DNA of 64,000 nucleotides from assembly GCA_963827685.1 (NCBI GenBank), contig CAWHBU010000004.1, forward strand, positions 800,001 through 864,000. Direction: 5' to 3'. The DNA comes from an uncultured delta proteobacterium. Lineage in GTDB: Bacteria > Desulfobacterota > BSN033 > UBA1163. Each line of letters opens with the position of its first letter. The first letter of the stretch is position 1. A program made the translations under genes and the position numbers. A model generated the notes under the pieces. It was not told the DNA's origin and searched no databases. It saw nothing but the letters and a program-made list of their open reading frames with translations. Shown piece by piece: positions 9,201 through 16,548 of the stretch.

Positions 9201-10301
9201 GCGTGGAATGCCGTAACAGATCCGGACGTCGATCATTACGAAATCAGGGAGGGCGCAAGTTGGGCAGCCGGGACAGAGATCGCCTACCGGCTTTATGGTC
9301 TGGCATTTACCCTGTTCGATTTTACCAGCGGGGCAAAACATTATTGGATTAAGGCCGTCAACAGAAGCGGAATCCCTTCGGCAAATGCCGCCGGTTACCT
9401 GATCACCGTGGTGGGCGTCGATATTGGGACAACCCCGTCGGGCCTTACCGTCGATAGCACATTCAAATATATCATTTTGAGCTGGACGAATGCCTCAAGC
9501 CCAAACGTTCAGTACACCGAGATCTGGAGGTCGGACGATAATAATAGATCGCATGCTTCCTTGGTCGGCATAAGTGATGGGACCATCTTCTGGGACCTGA
9601 TCGGGACCACAGGAACGACGAAATACTATTGGATTAGAACGAAAAACCTCAACGGCGGCAACGGCCCCTGGCTTCCATCGAGTCCTACGGGCGGGGTTTC
9701 GGCAACCACGGCGCAATTGCAAACCGGAGACTTTGCCGACCTGAGCATTACCAACGCCAAGATCGCTAATCTGGCCGTTGACAGCGCCAAAATTGCTCTC
9801 CTCGCGGTTCAATCTGCCAATATCGATAATTTAACGATTCATGGGGTCAACGTCGCCTACTTTATGGTTTCGCGGGGCGTGCAGTTCTACAATGCCGCCG
9901 GGTTCAGCCTTAGCGATGCCAATGAGCACGAGATCGGAACCATCACCTTCGTGACTTTCGAGGCAGCCGATAGTATATGGCTATGGGCGTCGGTAGCAAT
10001 TACTCAATATGGATTGAGTTCGGGAAAGGGAGGGGGGCTTCCGATTCCAATTCATTTTCGGGTGCGAAGAGATTCCATAAGCGGACCTGAAGTTTGTGGA
10101 GGGACCGGATTGGGATTCGGGGCTTACGCATCGGTGGTATGGAATGATCCCCAACCAGTAATTTTGATCGGCAGCGACATTCCAGGAGGCAGTCCTGGAA
10201 ACCATGTGTATAAACTTACGGCCCAAGCAGCCTATGCTCCGGACGTGCAGTCCGCAATCACTGCCTATAGGCTGATGATGGGCAACGCAAAGAGTCGATA
10301 A
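6252..10301 (+). CDS. Tail tip/host-specificity protein: gpI-like N-terminus fused to gpJ-like protein with Fn3 repeats
   Basis: Ubiquitin-like N-terminus (VNG...LKDGDKV), SPTYGW...G.PVPLIYG, ALGEGEI, WSPNP, ERYGLG; Fn3 motifs YWIKAVNRSG and YYWIRTKN; ITNAKIANL repeats. Confidence 0.9.
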   Translation: MITVKYFPCIFEEKSYEFESRNSSLATVLLSLMRRFPEIRKDSGNISIRVNGKLISPFGWARTSLKDGDKVFIIQEIGIIDWILEAWIAISAGLSLSTVTAAGLSAFTIAGISAATISTILSVVLVVACIAFSIYSMCNKPDAAKAIGASSPTYGWDGIRTNMGQGSPVPLIYGEHITGGTLIGIYVSTDGEKNYLNMLIALGEGEIGGIMKEDLSGLCASNADNPYIKIDNNFLSNYGAGNYWWDYRLGTQEQEIIPGWEDIKIVYEPGSPSLKGDNYIYTTVDSDVEAFELGIRYTQMVVYWHNRTYAETLNLRISHRIHGTAEWTDDGVFSVAGATMSPLRRRFRKDELAPNQYDIKIHFESMDPGYDSDAFLDNVTEIKYGAISYPFTAVVALKFLATEKMSGSTPNVLIRMRGLKIKNLETEVVEWSPNPIYAVNDAIVNERYGLGRFLSSVNIDTDQLIEEAQHCFEMVGDGTKRPADAVTATSLTCSSYTFVAGDIGRTICMVSPLDSTAYTSLLITSLTGDHQANGTAGWSDGIPTGSEWEFGEHRFELDLVVDSQDNAISQIQVMCASFRCAPLWTKNVVQLIIDRKKTPSYLFNMGNILEGAFQHTFGSEKEKPTVIEVDFANRDSYYQREVREVDNNEAFLANNPRRIRKLSLLGCTRPSQIFREGRYQLRAAQLQDQSIQFGAMIDAIHNLPGDLIKFQHDVNAWGKGGRIMAATINSITVDQEIQIEAGKTYVVTVRQPGATAGSEILETRTVNNAAGYTNLLTVSSNFSAVPQGFSLYAFGQSNVEAVPFTITKLTRTKDNQMQVEASLYDVNVHADTGIILPEPIYSQLPNPLKVLPVTNLTLTQGGNTLDDGSWSPWVEIGFVAPDDPIVVAWDHCEVYISISLDGFVTEATQFYGNCTQQNGYVIRSSWLVAGVTLRVRLVSVNKSNKKGDWSTSPYADITIAGNATAPANVSGFAVTQVADHLNFAWNAVTDPDVDHYEIREGASWAAGTEIAYRLYGLAFTLFDFTSGAKHYWIKAVNRSGIPSANAAGYLITVVGVDIGTTPSGLTVDSTFKYIILSWTNASSPNVQYTEIWRSDDNNRSHASLVGISDGTIFWDLIGTTGTTKYYWIRTKNLNGGNGPWLPSSPTGGVSATTAQLQTGDFADLSITNAKIANLAVDSAKIALLAVQSANIDNLTIHGVNVAYFMVSRGVQFYNAAGFSLSDANEHEIGTITFVTFEAADSIWLWASVAITQYGLSSGKGGGLPIPIHFRVRRDSISGPEVCGGTGLGFGAYASVVWNDPQPVILIGSDIPGGSPGNHVYKLTAQAAYAPDVQSAITAYRLMMGNAKSR

Positions 10302-10302
10302 A

Positions 10303-11643
10303 ATGCAGGGCTACGTAGCGCTCAAAAATGGGTGGGTTTCGGAAATTCAAACGGATGAAACGGGATTGGAGTACGATGCTCGCGTCGCCTCCGGCGACGT
10401 CCCGGTGGCACGTCAGGACGTAATTCGCAAGTTGATGTCTTGCCAAGCCATCATGTTTTGGGATGGTAAGCAATTCTGCCAGGTTAAGAATCCAAGAGAT
10501 ATCTGGAAGCGGATCAGATTGAACAATTTTCATGGAATTGCAGCGTCGCGCGGTTATCAACGCTGCATTGACGCACTGGATCCCAATTTCCCGGATATAC
10601 CCGCGGAGGCGGTCATCGAAATGCCGCCCCTCGAAGGGAAAAGTAGGGAACCTTCGTTTGAAACCGAATTTAAACCAGGATTGAAAGTTACCTTATCGAC
10701 CGAGGACGACCTGGGCATTTGGGAATCTTCGATGATCGGCTCCGGTCTTTATAGCAAAGACGAGGCGTGGCAGGTCGGCTCCGAATGGCTCACCGATACA
10801 ATGACGTGGCCCGTGAAGGTGACGTGGAAAGACAAACCCCTGCAGATCGAGATGTTTCACCTGGGCGCTGGGAATAGCGTTTATGGCGGCTTTGCCGCTC
10901 ATATAGACCGGACGAGACCGGGATGGTTCTGGAAACAAATGTCTTTGCCCGTGCTGAGGGCCCTTTACGCCGAAGGGTATGAAAATATCATTTCCCAGAT
11001 CAGGATCGACAAGCCAGATTATGCCAATTTTTTAGTAGAGACTTACGGCCATGAGATCCTAAAAAAGACCGATAAGGCCATCAACCTGCGGCTCAACATT
11101 AAAGAGGCAATCAAAAACATGGGCGACTGGCCGGCGCGCAGGACATTGGGCATCGATTGGAAATGGGAGGAAGGCGATGTATTGGTGAGGGAGGCGACTG
11201 AGGACGACCTTCCAGGCATTAGTGCTGCAATCGAAGAGTCATGGGGAGATAATCCAAGAAAACAATTAGCTGTTTATAACTTTGATGTTTATTGGAATTT
11301 GGATAGTGCTGCAATTCTCTTGACCTTTGAGAATGGTGTGATAACGGAAGTCCGAACATTCCGGGAAAGAAAAGATCCAAGCATTAATCTTAGAGCGAAC
11401 CTCGTAAGAACCATCACTGGTAAACCTAAACTATTTGACCTGTCTTTAATAGCTTGTGCGGAGTGGGAGAAAGCTGTTGGATATAAAACTACCTCTTTTA
11501 TTCTTGAAACCAAATTATTTGATAAAGTCAAAGATGTATGGTCAAAAAGAGGATGGACAGTCTATAGCCAGAATGCTGATATCACCGAATGCCGGATGTC
11601 GATCGGGGATGCACTGAATGCTAAGAAGCAGGCTATTAAATAA
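10303..11643 (+). CDS. Phage protein with two tandem GNAT-like domains
   Basis: VTLSTEDDL and VREATEDDLPGI GNAT N-terminal motifs; C-terminal LVETYG and WSKRGW motifs. Confidence 0.55.
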   Translation: MQGYVALKNGWVSEIQTDETGLEYDARVASGDVPVARQDVIRKLMSCQAIMFWDGKQFCQVKNPRDIWKRIRLNNFHGIAASRGYQRCIDALDPNFPDIPAEAVIEMPPLEGKSREPSFETEFKPGLKVTLSTEDDLGIWESSMIGSGLYSKDEAWQVGSEWLTDTMTWPVKVTWKDKPLQIEMFHLGAGNSVYGGFAAHIDRTRPGWFWKQMSLPVLRALYAEGYENIISQIRIDKPDYANFLVETYGHEILKKTDKAINLRLNIKEAIKNMGDWPARRTLGIDWKWEEGDVLVREATEDDLPGISAAIEESWGDNPRKQLAVYNFDVYWNLDSAAILLTFENGVITEVRTFRERKDPSINLRANLVRTITGKPKLFDLSLIACAEWEKAVGYKTTSFILETKLFDKVKDVWSKRGWTVYSQNADITECRMSIGDALNAKKQAIK

Positions 11644-12112
11644 TGAGGAAGCCTATTGCCTATGGGTGGCCTTTGGGATTGAAATAGGTATCATAACTCT
11701 GCGGGAAATCTACGGACCGTATTGGCCGAGAAAGCCGTTGCCGGGAGAGGTCGTCTACGAATGGCGGAAAGGAGATGATCTTGTTGCCTGGACCAGTATT
11801 AGAGAGGATCTATTGGAACCTGTTCTGCATGCACTGTTAGGGGTCTTTCCGAAACATCAAAACACAGGACATGCTCGGATGATATTCGACCTGGCAATAG
11901 GGGAAGGGTTTAGATTATTCCCGAATTCAGAGTGGGTCTTCGTAGATATCAGTAAAAAAAATCCGAGATTCTTCGACTATATGAAGCGGCAGAATTGCCG
12001 GTGGAAACAGGTCGGAGAGTTGCTGGTACCGGAGCCAGGTTACACAATCTTTGGGCTCGAAAAGGAAATCTATATTCAATATCGAAAGGCGGACAGCAAC
12101 CCGGGAGTTTGA
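11618..12112 (+). CDS. GNAT-family N-acetyltransferase-like phage protein
   Basis: Motif A-like LGVFPKHQNTGHARM followed by KKNP...YMKR...W. Confidence 0.65.
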   Translation: MLRSRLLNNEEAYCLWVAFGIEIGIITLREIYGPYWPRKPLPGEVVYEWRKGDDLVAWTSIREDLLEPVLHALLGVFPKHQNTGHARMIFDLAIGEGFRLFPNSEWVFVDISKKNPRFFDYMKRQNCRWKQVGELLVPEPGYTIFGLEKEIYIQYRKADSNPGV

Positions 12113-12166
12113 CCCTCCCGAACCCTGTGTTGGCACACAGTACGAGATAACCCGCTACCATCCGCC
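12088..12166 (+). ncRNA. Putative structured cis-regulatory RNA upstream of the phage methylase
   Basis: Outer stem GGCGGA/TCCGCC enclosing CGGGAG/CTCCCG and CTGTGT/ACACAG hairpins. Confidence 0.45.
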
Positions 12167-12224
12167 TGCATGCGCAAGGCGTTTATATCAGGGGCCGTCT
12201 CGAAGGTCAAGGGAGGGTCAAACA

Positions 12225-13007
12225 GTGAAAAAGTTCTTTGCATATCCCGGCGGCAAATGGCCAATAAGGAATCAAATCATCGCTCTGTTTCCGGTCCATA
12301 TGACCTACGTCGATGTTTTCGGCGGCTCGGCCTCGATCCTTATAACCAAGCCGCCATCGATCGGAGAGGTCTTTAATGATAAGAGCGAGGAATTGGTTAA
12401 TTTCTTTCGCGTTGTAAAACACCGGCCTGCAGAGTTGGCAGAAAGAGCAAAATTCTGGATCCATTCAAGAAGTTTGTGGGGCGAGAAAAAGGCACAGATC
12501 GCTTTAAGGGATGAGGTCGCTCGTGCCTTCCGGTTTTGGGTCCTATTGGAAGATTCATTTGGCGGCATGGGCGGGACATTTGGGACAGGCCGTGAGGCGG
12601 CACGGTCAGTGACGCACGCGCGCGATTACTTGGAGGAGATTGCTAACCGGTTGAGGTCCGCGCATATCGAGTGCCTCGATTTCGCCGCCTGTATAAAGAA
12701 ATATGACGCCTTTGAGACGTTTTTCTATTGTGATCCACCTTATCCCGGCACAAAGGGCGGCGATAAAAATTACGACCAATTGAGTGATCAGGAATGGAGG
12801 GATTTGCGCGATATTTTATCCGGCATCAAGGGCAAATTCCTTCTCTCCTCGAGTCAACACAAAACGGTTCTCTCTTTATTCAAAGGTTTTTCGATCGGCA
12901 GGATTTCCGCGCCCGTTTCGCTTCCGAGGGGCAGAAATAAAGGTCGTCGCCAGGAATTAGTGATCGCAAATTACAGTTTGCCACGGAGAAAATCGAGCGC
13001 GAATTGA
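12225..13007 (+). CDS. dam: DNA adenine methyltransferase, Dam/D12 class
   Basis: YPGGK, YVDVFGGSAS, FND and FFYCDPPY motifs; GTG start 12225 after GGGAGG. Confidence 0.9.
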   Translation: MKKFFAYPGGKWPIRNQIIALFPVHMTYVDVFGGSASILITKPPSIGEVFNDKSEELVNFFRVVKHRPAELAERAKFWIHSRSLWGEKKAQIALRDEVARAFRFWVLLEDSFGGMGGTFGTGREAARSVTHARDYLEEIANRLRSAHIECLDFAACIKKYDAFETFFYCDPPYPGTKGGDKNYDQLSDQEWRDLRDILSGIKGKFLLSSSQHKTVLSLFKGFSIGRISAPVSLPRGRNKGRRQELVIANYSLPRRKSSAN

Positions 13008-13249
13008 GGTAGAATTCGGCGCTCAAAATATTTCACAAGCAGATTAAGACGCCACTGAGTTTTGGGAGACGAATTGACCAAAAAATCAGTCGACGTATTT
13101 TTGTTGCCTGAAACAGGGATTTTGTAATATGATTTCACAAATCGTCCAAACAATTTGAAAAAAAATCCAAAACTCCTTGCCAAACCATATTGACCTGGCA
13201 AGATAACGATTAAGCTTATCTGCGCGCTTTGGCGTATCCTCAGGATTTT

Positions 13250-13365
13250 TTAGGCTTGTTTTCTGGCTTTTTTGTCGGCAATAATATCGAGCAACGCGTC
13301 TGGGTGTGTAGCCGCAACCCCTAACAATACTCGGGCCGGATCTTCCACGTCGCCTTTCCTTCTAT
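13250..13365 (-). pseudogene. Remnant of an XRE/HigA-NadS-type HTH antitoxin (C-terminus)
   Basis: Minus strand reads EDPARVLLGVAATHPDALLDII...KQA*; the upstream WEQGRR-like part is degenerate. Confidence 0.5.
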
Positions 13366-13442
13366 TCTACCCCAACGGCTAAACCCACGGAAGGGCATTG
13401 AACACCAGGAAAATTCACGTCTAGTGCAGTACTTTGACTTGT

Positions 13443-13670
13443 TCATAACAATTTGTCAAATTCTTCCACTGTTAATTTTGCCTGTTTCAATATATGAGAA
13501 AGAGTAGACCGTTTGATCGGACGGTGAGCGGGGACAGTTAATTTAAGTGTTTCAGTGGAAGTGTGCTTTTGGAGTCGAATATGGCTTCCTTTTTGCCTTA
13601 CAACAACCCATCCGCTCCGTTGCAGCGCTCTGATGATTTGATCATATGGCAGGCTTGGAATTTTGGTCAT
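13443..13670 (-). CDS. hicA: HicA-family toxin (mRNA interferase)
   Basis: GW...RQKGSHIRL....TVPAH....STL..ILKQA. Confidence 0.9.
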   Translation of the reverse strand: MTKIPSLPYDQIIRALQRSGWVVVRQKGSHIRLQKHTSTETLKLTVPAHRPIKRSTLSHILKQAKLTVEEFDKLL

Positions 13671-13870
13671 ACCGCCAGCTCGATCATTTCAGCATTAGGG
13701 GCGAAGACCTGATCATCTTCGATAGGCTCCAGGTAAAGTTCAATAGCCTCTCGTATATTCTTAAGTGCTTCCTCTTTACTGTTCCCTTCGCTGATGCAAC
13801 CCGGCAAGGAAGGAACGATTGCTGTATAACCGCCCTCTTCACTTGGCTCCAATATAATCTTAATTTTCAT
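13667..13870 (-). CDS. hicB: HicB-family antitoxin, short form without DNA-binding domain
   Basis: EEGGYTAIVPSLPGCISEG...EEAL.NIREAI; ATG 13870 after GGAGG; ATGA overlap with hicA. Confidence 0.9.
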   Translation of the reverse strand: MKIKIILEPSEEGGYTAIVPSLPGCISEGNSKEEALKNIREAIELYLEPIEDDQVFAPNAEMIELAV

Positions 13871-13997
13871 GATAGCGCCTCCCATCATAAATATACACTA
13901 TTTCTGTGGAACTTGTCATTTTTCAAACTCTTTCAAAAAGCTTAGTTTAAGAAAGTAAAGGATAAAGCTCTGACCTCATTTCCCAACCCTGTTCCGC

Positions 13998-15893
13998 TCA
14001 CAGCTTCACTTCGAGGAGGCTCGTTTCGACTTCTGCAAACAGCTCGTCAAGAGACTGTTGTATGGTGATTGTTTCTGCGATGGCTGTTACCACCGTGGCG
14101 TAGTGAGCTACTTCTTCGGATGAAAGCTCCCTGCCCTTGCGGTCCTTGAGCCATTTCTCTGAAACCTGATAGCCGCCAATGTGATATTCCCAGACTTCGG
14201 GAGGAATGCCAGCAAACCATTTTTCAGGATTAATGTGAACACGAGCTTTCTTTTGATCGTGGATTACTTTGACAACACGAAGGTCTCCGGGCCCTTCGCA
14301 CTTGGAAATGGGCTTGGCAAGCCTCTTGGATTTGAGCAGGTGGAGTTCAACAAGCTCCTCGCCCTTTTCGGCAAGTTTGTTAAAAAGGTTGTACTCCTTC
14401 GTGAACGGGACGCGAGGGAAATCGGTCTTCAAGAACTCCACATATTTTTTCCGGTAGGCATTGGGGGGGGTGAGCAAGGCAAGAGGTTTTGTTAAGCCTA
14501 TCTGCTCAAGGACAAGAGCTGTCGAGACGGGTTCCTTTTTGCTCGATGCTCGATAAAGAGCCGAGATAATGGCCTGCTCAATTTCTGCCCCACTGAAATC
14601 CGCAGCTCTTTCAGCCAATAACTTACAATCGAATTTCTCAGGATCTTGCCCCCGTTTCCGGAGATGAATGATGAAAAGAGACATCCTTATTTCTTGATCC
14701 GGCAGATCGACGAAAAATATCTCATCAAAACGTCCTTTTCTTAAAAATTCTGGGGGGAGGCGAAAAATGTCGTTGGCTGTGGCGGCTAAAAAGCACTTGG
14801 ATTGGCGTTCCTGCATCCAGGTCAGAAATGTTCCGAGGACTCTTTGGGAAACCCCTCCATCCGATTCTCCTGCCGATGCAGCAAAGCCTTTTTCGATTTC
14901 ATCGATCCATAGACATAATGGAGACAATTTATCTACCGTGGCCAAGGCTTTTCTGAGATTCTGTTCTGTCTGTCCAATATATTGACCATAAAGTCTTCCG
15001 ATGTCGAGACGATAAAGAGGCAATCCCAGCTCCTTGGCGACTGCTTTGACAGCCAGACTTTTACCACAACCCTGTACTCCCATCAAAAGGACTCCTCGCG
15101 GCGGGGGCAGAGAGGAGGTGTCCATCAGAAAGCTTCCCCTACGCTCACTCAGCCAGCGTTTTAAATGGTCGAAGTTGGCGATGTTCTCTTTATCTTCAGT
15201 GATGCAAAATTCGAGTAATCCCTCCTGATCAAAGAGCTTCTTCTTATAGGATTCGACGGTGTTCAAGTCTTTGATGTCAATGAGATGATCATCGATAAAA
15301 CATTGGTGGATGACATTTCTGATCTGCTGGACTGATAGCCCCTTTAGAGACTTAACAATTTTTTGTATCTCATCAACAGTCAAGGATATTTTTCCCCTCT
15401 CGTCTCTGATCAACTCGTTAAATATCCCCTTCAGGAGTGAACCGATTTCCTGCTCATCCGGGTATCCTCCGACGATGTGAGCTGCCTCGGGTTCAATGTC
15501 TCTTGGGAGCTTATACTCCGGACTTACGATGACAATCGTATTTTTTGTGTTCTTGATCAGATTCACCAAATCCTTAAAGAGCCTTAAAAGAAGAGAGTTC
15601 TCCAGGTACTTGTCAATATCTTTCAGAACAAATAATCCTGATTCAGACCGATCCGATTTGATCAAGGAAAGGATGGTCTTGAGCATTTTTTCTGGATCTC
15701 CTGTTTGATAATAGGAACTTTCATTAAAACCTCTTTGAAGCCCCACTGTCACCGACCATTGATAAAAAATAAGATTTAATTGACTCGCGGTCTGCCTAAG
15801 CTGGTTTACCACATATTCTTCATCAATCGATTCTACAAAAATGACGGGATATTTTGACCTGATTAGGAGGGTAAGCTCATCGTTTGCAAGCAT
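13998..15893 (-). CDS. Ycf46-like AAA+ ATPase fused in frame to a type ISP restriction-modification C-terminal fragment
   Basis: GVQGCGKS, WIDEIEK, PPEFLRKGRFD; after about aa 475, YRKKYVEFLKTDFPRVPF...WEYHIGGYQV..KWLKDRKGR. Confidence 0.8.
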   Translation of the reverse strand: MLANDELTLLIRSKYPVIFVESIDEEYVVNQLRQTASQLNLIFYQWSVTVGLQRGFNESSYYQTGDPEKMLKTILSLIKSDRSESGLFVLKDIDKYLENSLLLRLFKDLVNLIKNTKNTIVIVSPEYKLPRDIEPEAAHIVGGYPDEQEIGSLLKGIFNELIRDERGKISLTVDEIQKIVKSLKGLSVQQIRNVIHQCFIDDHLIDIKDLNTVESYKKKLFDQEGLLEFCITEDKENIANFDHLKRWLSERRGSFLMDTSSLPPPRGVLLMGVQGCGKSLAVKAVAKELGLPLYRLDIGRLYGQYIGQTEQNLRKALATVDKLSPLCLWIDEIEKGFAASAGESDGGVSQRVLGTFLTWMQERQSKCFLAATANDIFRLPPEFLRKGRFDEIFFVDLPDQEIRMSLFIIHLRKRGQDPEKFDCKLLAERAADFSGAEIEQAIISALYRASSKKEPVSTALVLEQIGLTKPLALLTPPNAYRKKYVEFLKTDFPRVPFTKEYNLFNKLAEKGEELVELHLLKSKRLAKPISKCEGPGDLRVVKVIHDQKKARVHINPEKWFAGIPPEVWEYHIGGYQVSEKWLKDRKGRELSSEEVAHYATVVTAIAETITIQQSLDELFAEVETSLLEVKL

Positions 15894-15923
15894 CTTTCGT
15901 CCCTCGAAAAGAGAGAATTTGCC

Positions 15924-16472
15924 TCACCGGGGTGTAGCGATTTCCTTTAAGGCATCCTTATAAATGTCAAAGGTATTTGAATCGAAAAGCACGAATCGGA
16001 CGAGTTTGATTTCGGGATAGTCTTTCAGGTAGTCCATCACCGTCTTTAATGCAATTCTGGAAGCCTCCTTTACAGGATATCCATAGATTCCTGTACTGAT
16101 TGAAGGGAAGGCAATTGAAGCAATCTTGTTCTGGGTACACAGTTCCAGACTCTTTCGGTAAGCGCCCGATAAGAGTTCAGGATCCTTGGGTGATCCTGAA
16201 TATCTCGGGCCCACCGCATGGATCACATATTTGGCCTTGAGATTCCCTCCACTCGTAATCACAGCTGATCCTGTGGGACAGCCCTTATACTTCGCCCTCA
16301 GTTCAGACATAACGGAAGGCCCGCCTGCCCTGTGGATGGCACCATCCACCCCACCTCCTCCCGCCAATGCAGAATTGGCAGCGTTACCAATGGCCTCGGT
16401 GTCCTGTTGGGTGATATCGCCCTGCACGATTTCTAAAATGGATTTCTGGACGTTGACTTTCATCACGTTCAC
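15924..16472 (-). CDS. Macro domain protein (O-acetyl-ADP-ribose deacetylase, YmdB-like)
   Basis: GDIT....AIGNAAN..L.GGGGVDGAIHRAGG and FPSISTGIYGYP. Confidence 0.92.
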   Translation of the reverse strand: MNVMKVNVQKSILEIVQGDITQQDTEAIGNAANSALAGGGGVDGAIHRAGGPSVMSELRAKYKGCPTGSAVITSGGNLKAKYVIHAVGPRYSGSPKDPELLSGAYRKSLELCTQNKIASIAFPSISTGIYGYPVKEASRIALKTVMDYLKDYPEIKLVRFVLFDSNTFDIYKDALKEIATPR

Positions 16473-16548
16473 CTCTCATCTGGAATCTTTCCTATCCATA
16501 CCAAAAAGAGTTGACATCGTCAATAGGATGGGGGTATGGTTTCAGGCG

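Larger units (their letters stand above)
1..13200 (+). mobile_element. Prophage, right portion: siphovirus-type tail module plus terminal accessory genes; continues off the left edge
   Basis: Co-oriented, tightly packed + strand ORFs in lambda-like order TAC-TMP-Dit-gpL-gpK-gpI/J, then a DNA methylase. Right boundary approximate (13010-13250). Confidence 0.9.

Noticed and set aside
4065-12112. Diversity-generating retroelement or invertible tail-fibre cassette
   Set aside because: No reverse transcriptase or invertase, and no template/variable repeat pair or flanking inverted sites seen in the window.
12051-12224. N-terminal 58 aa of the listed 318-aa methylase ORF
   Set aside because: Overlaps the upstream gene and the structured leader; Dam similarity begins at GTG 12225, which has a strong RBS.
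13008-13440. tRNA or tRNA-derived attR at the prophage boundary
   Set aside because: No cloverleaf or T-arm GTTCRA motif with a CCA end found by eye.
16186-16548. Long N-terminal extension of the MFS ORF
   Set aside because: It is the antisense of the macro domain gene; the transporter starts at ATG 16549.
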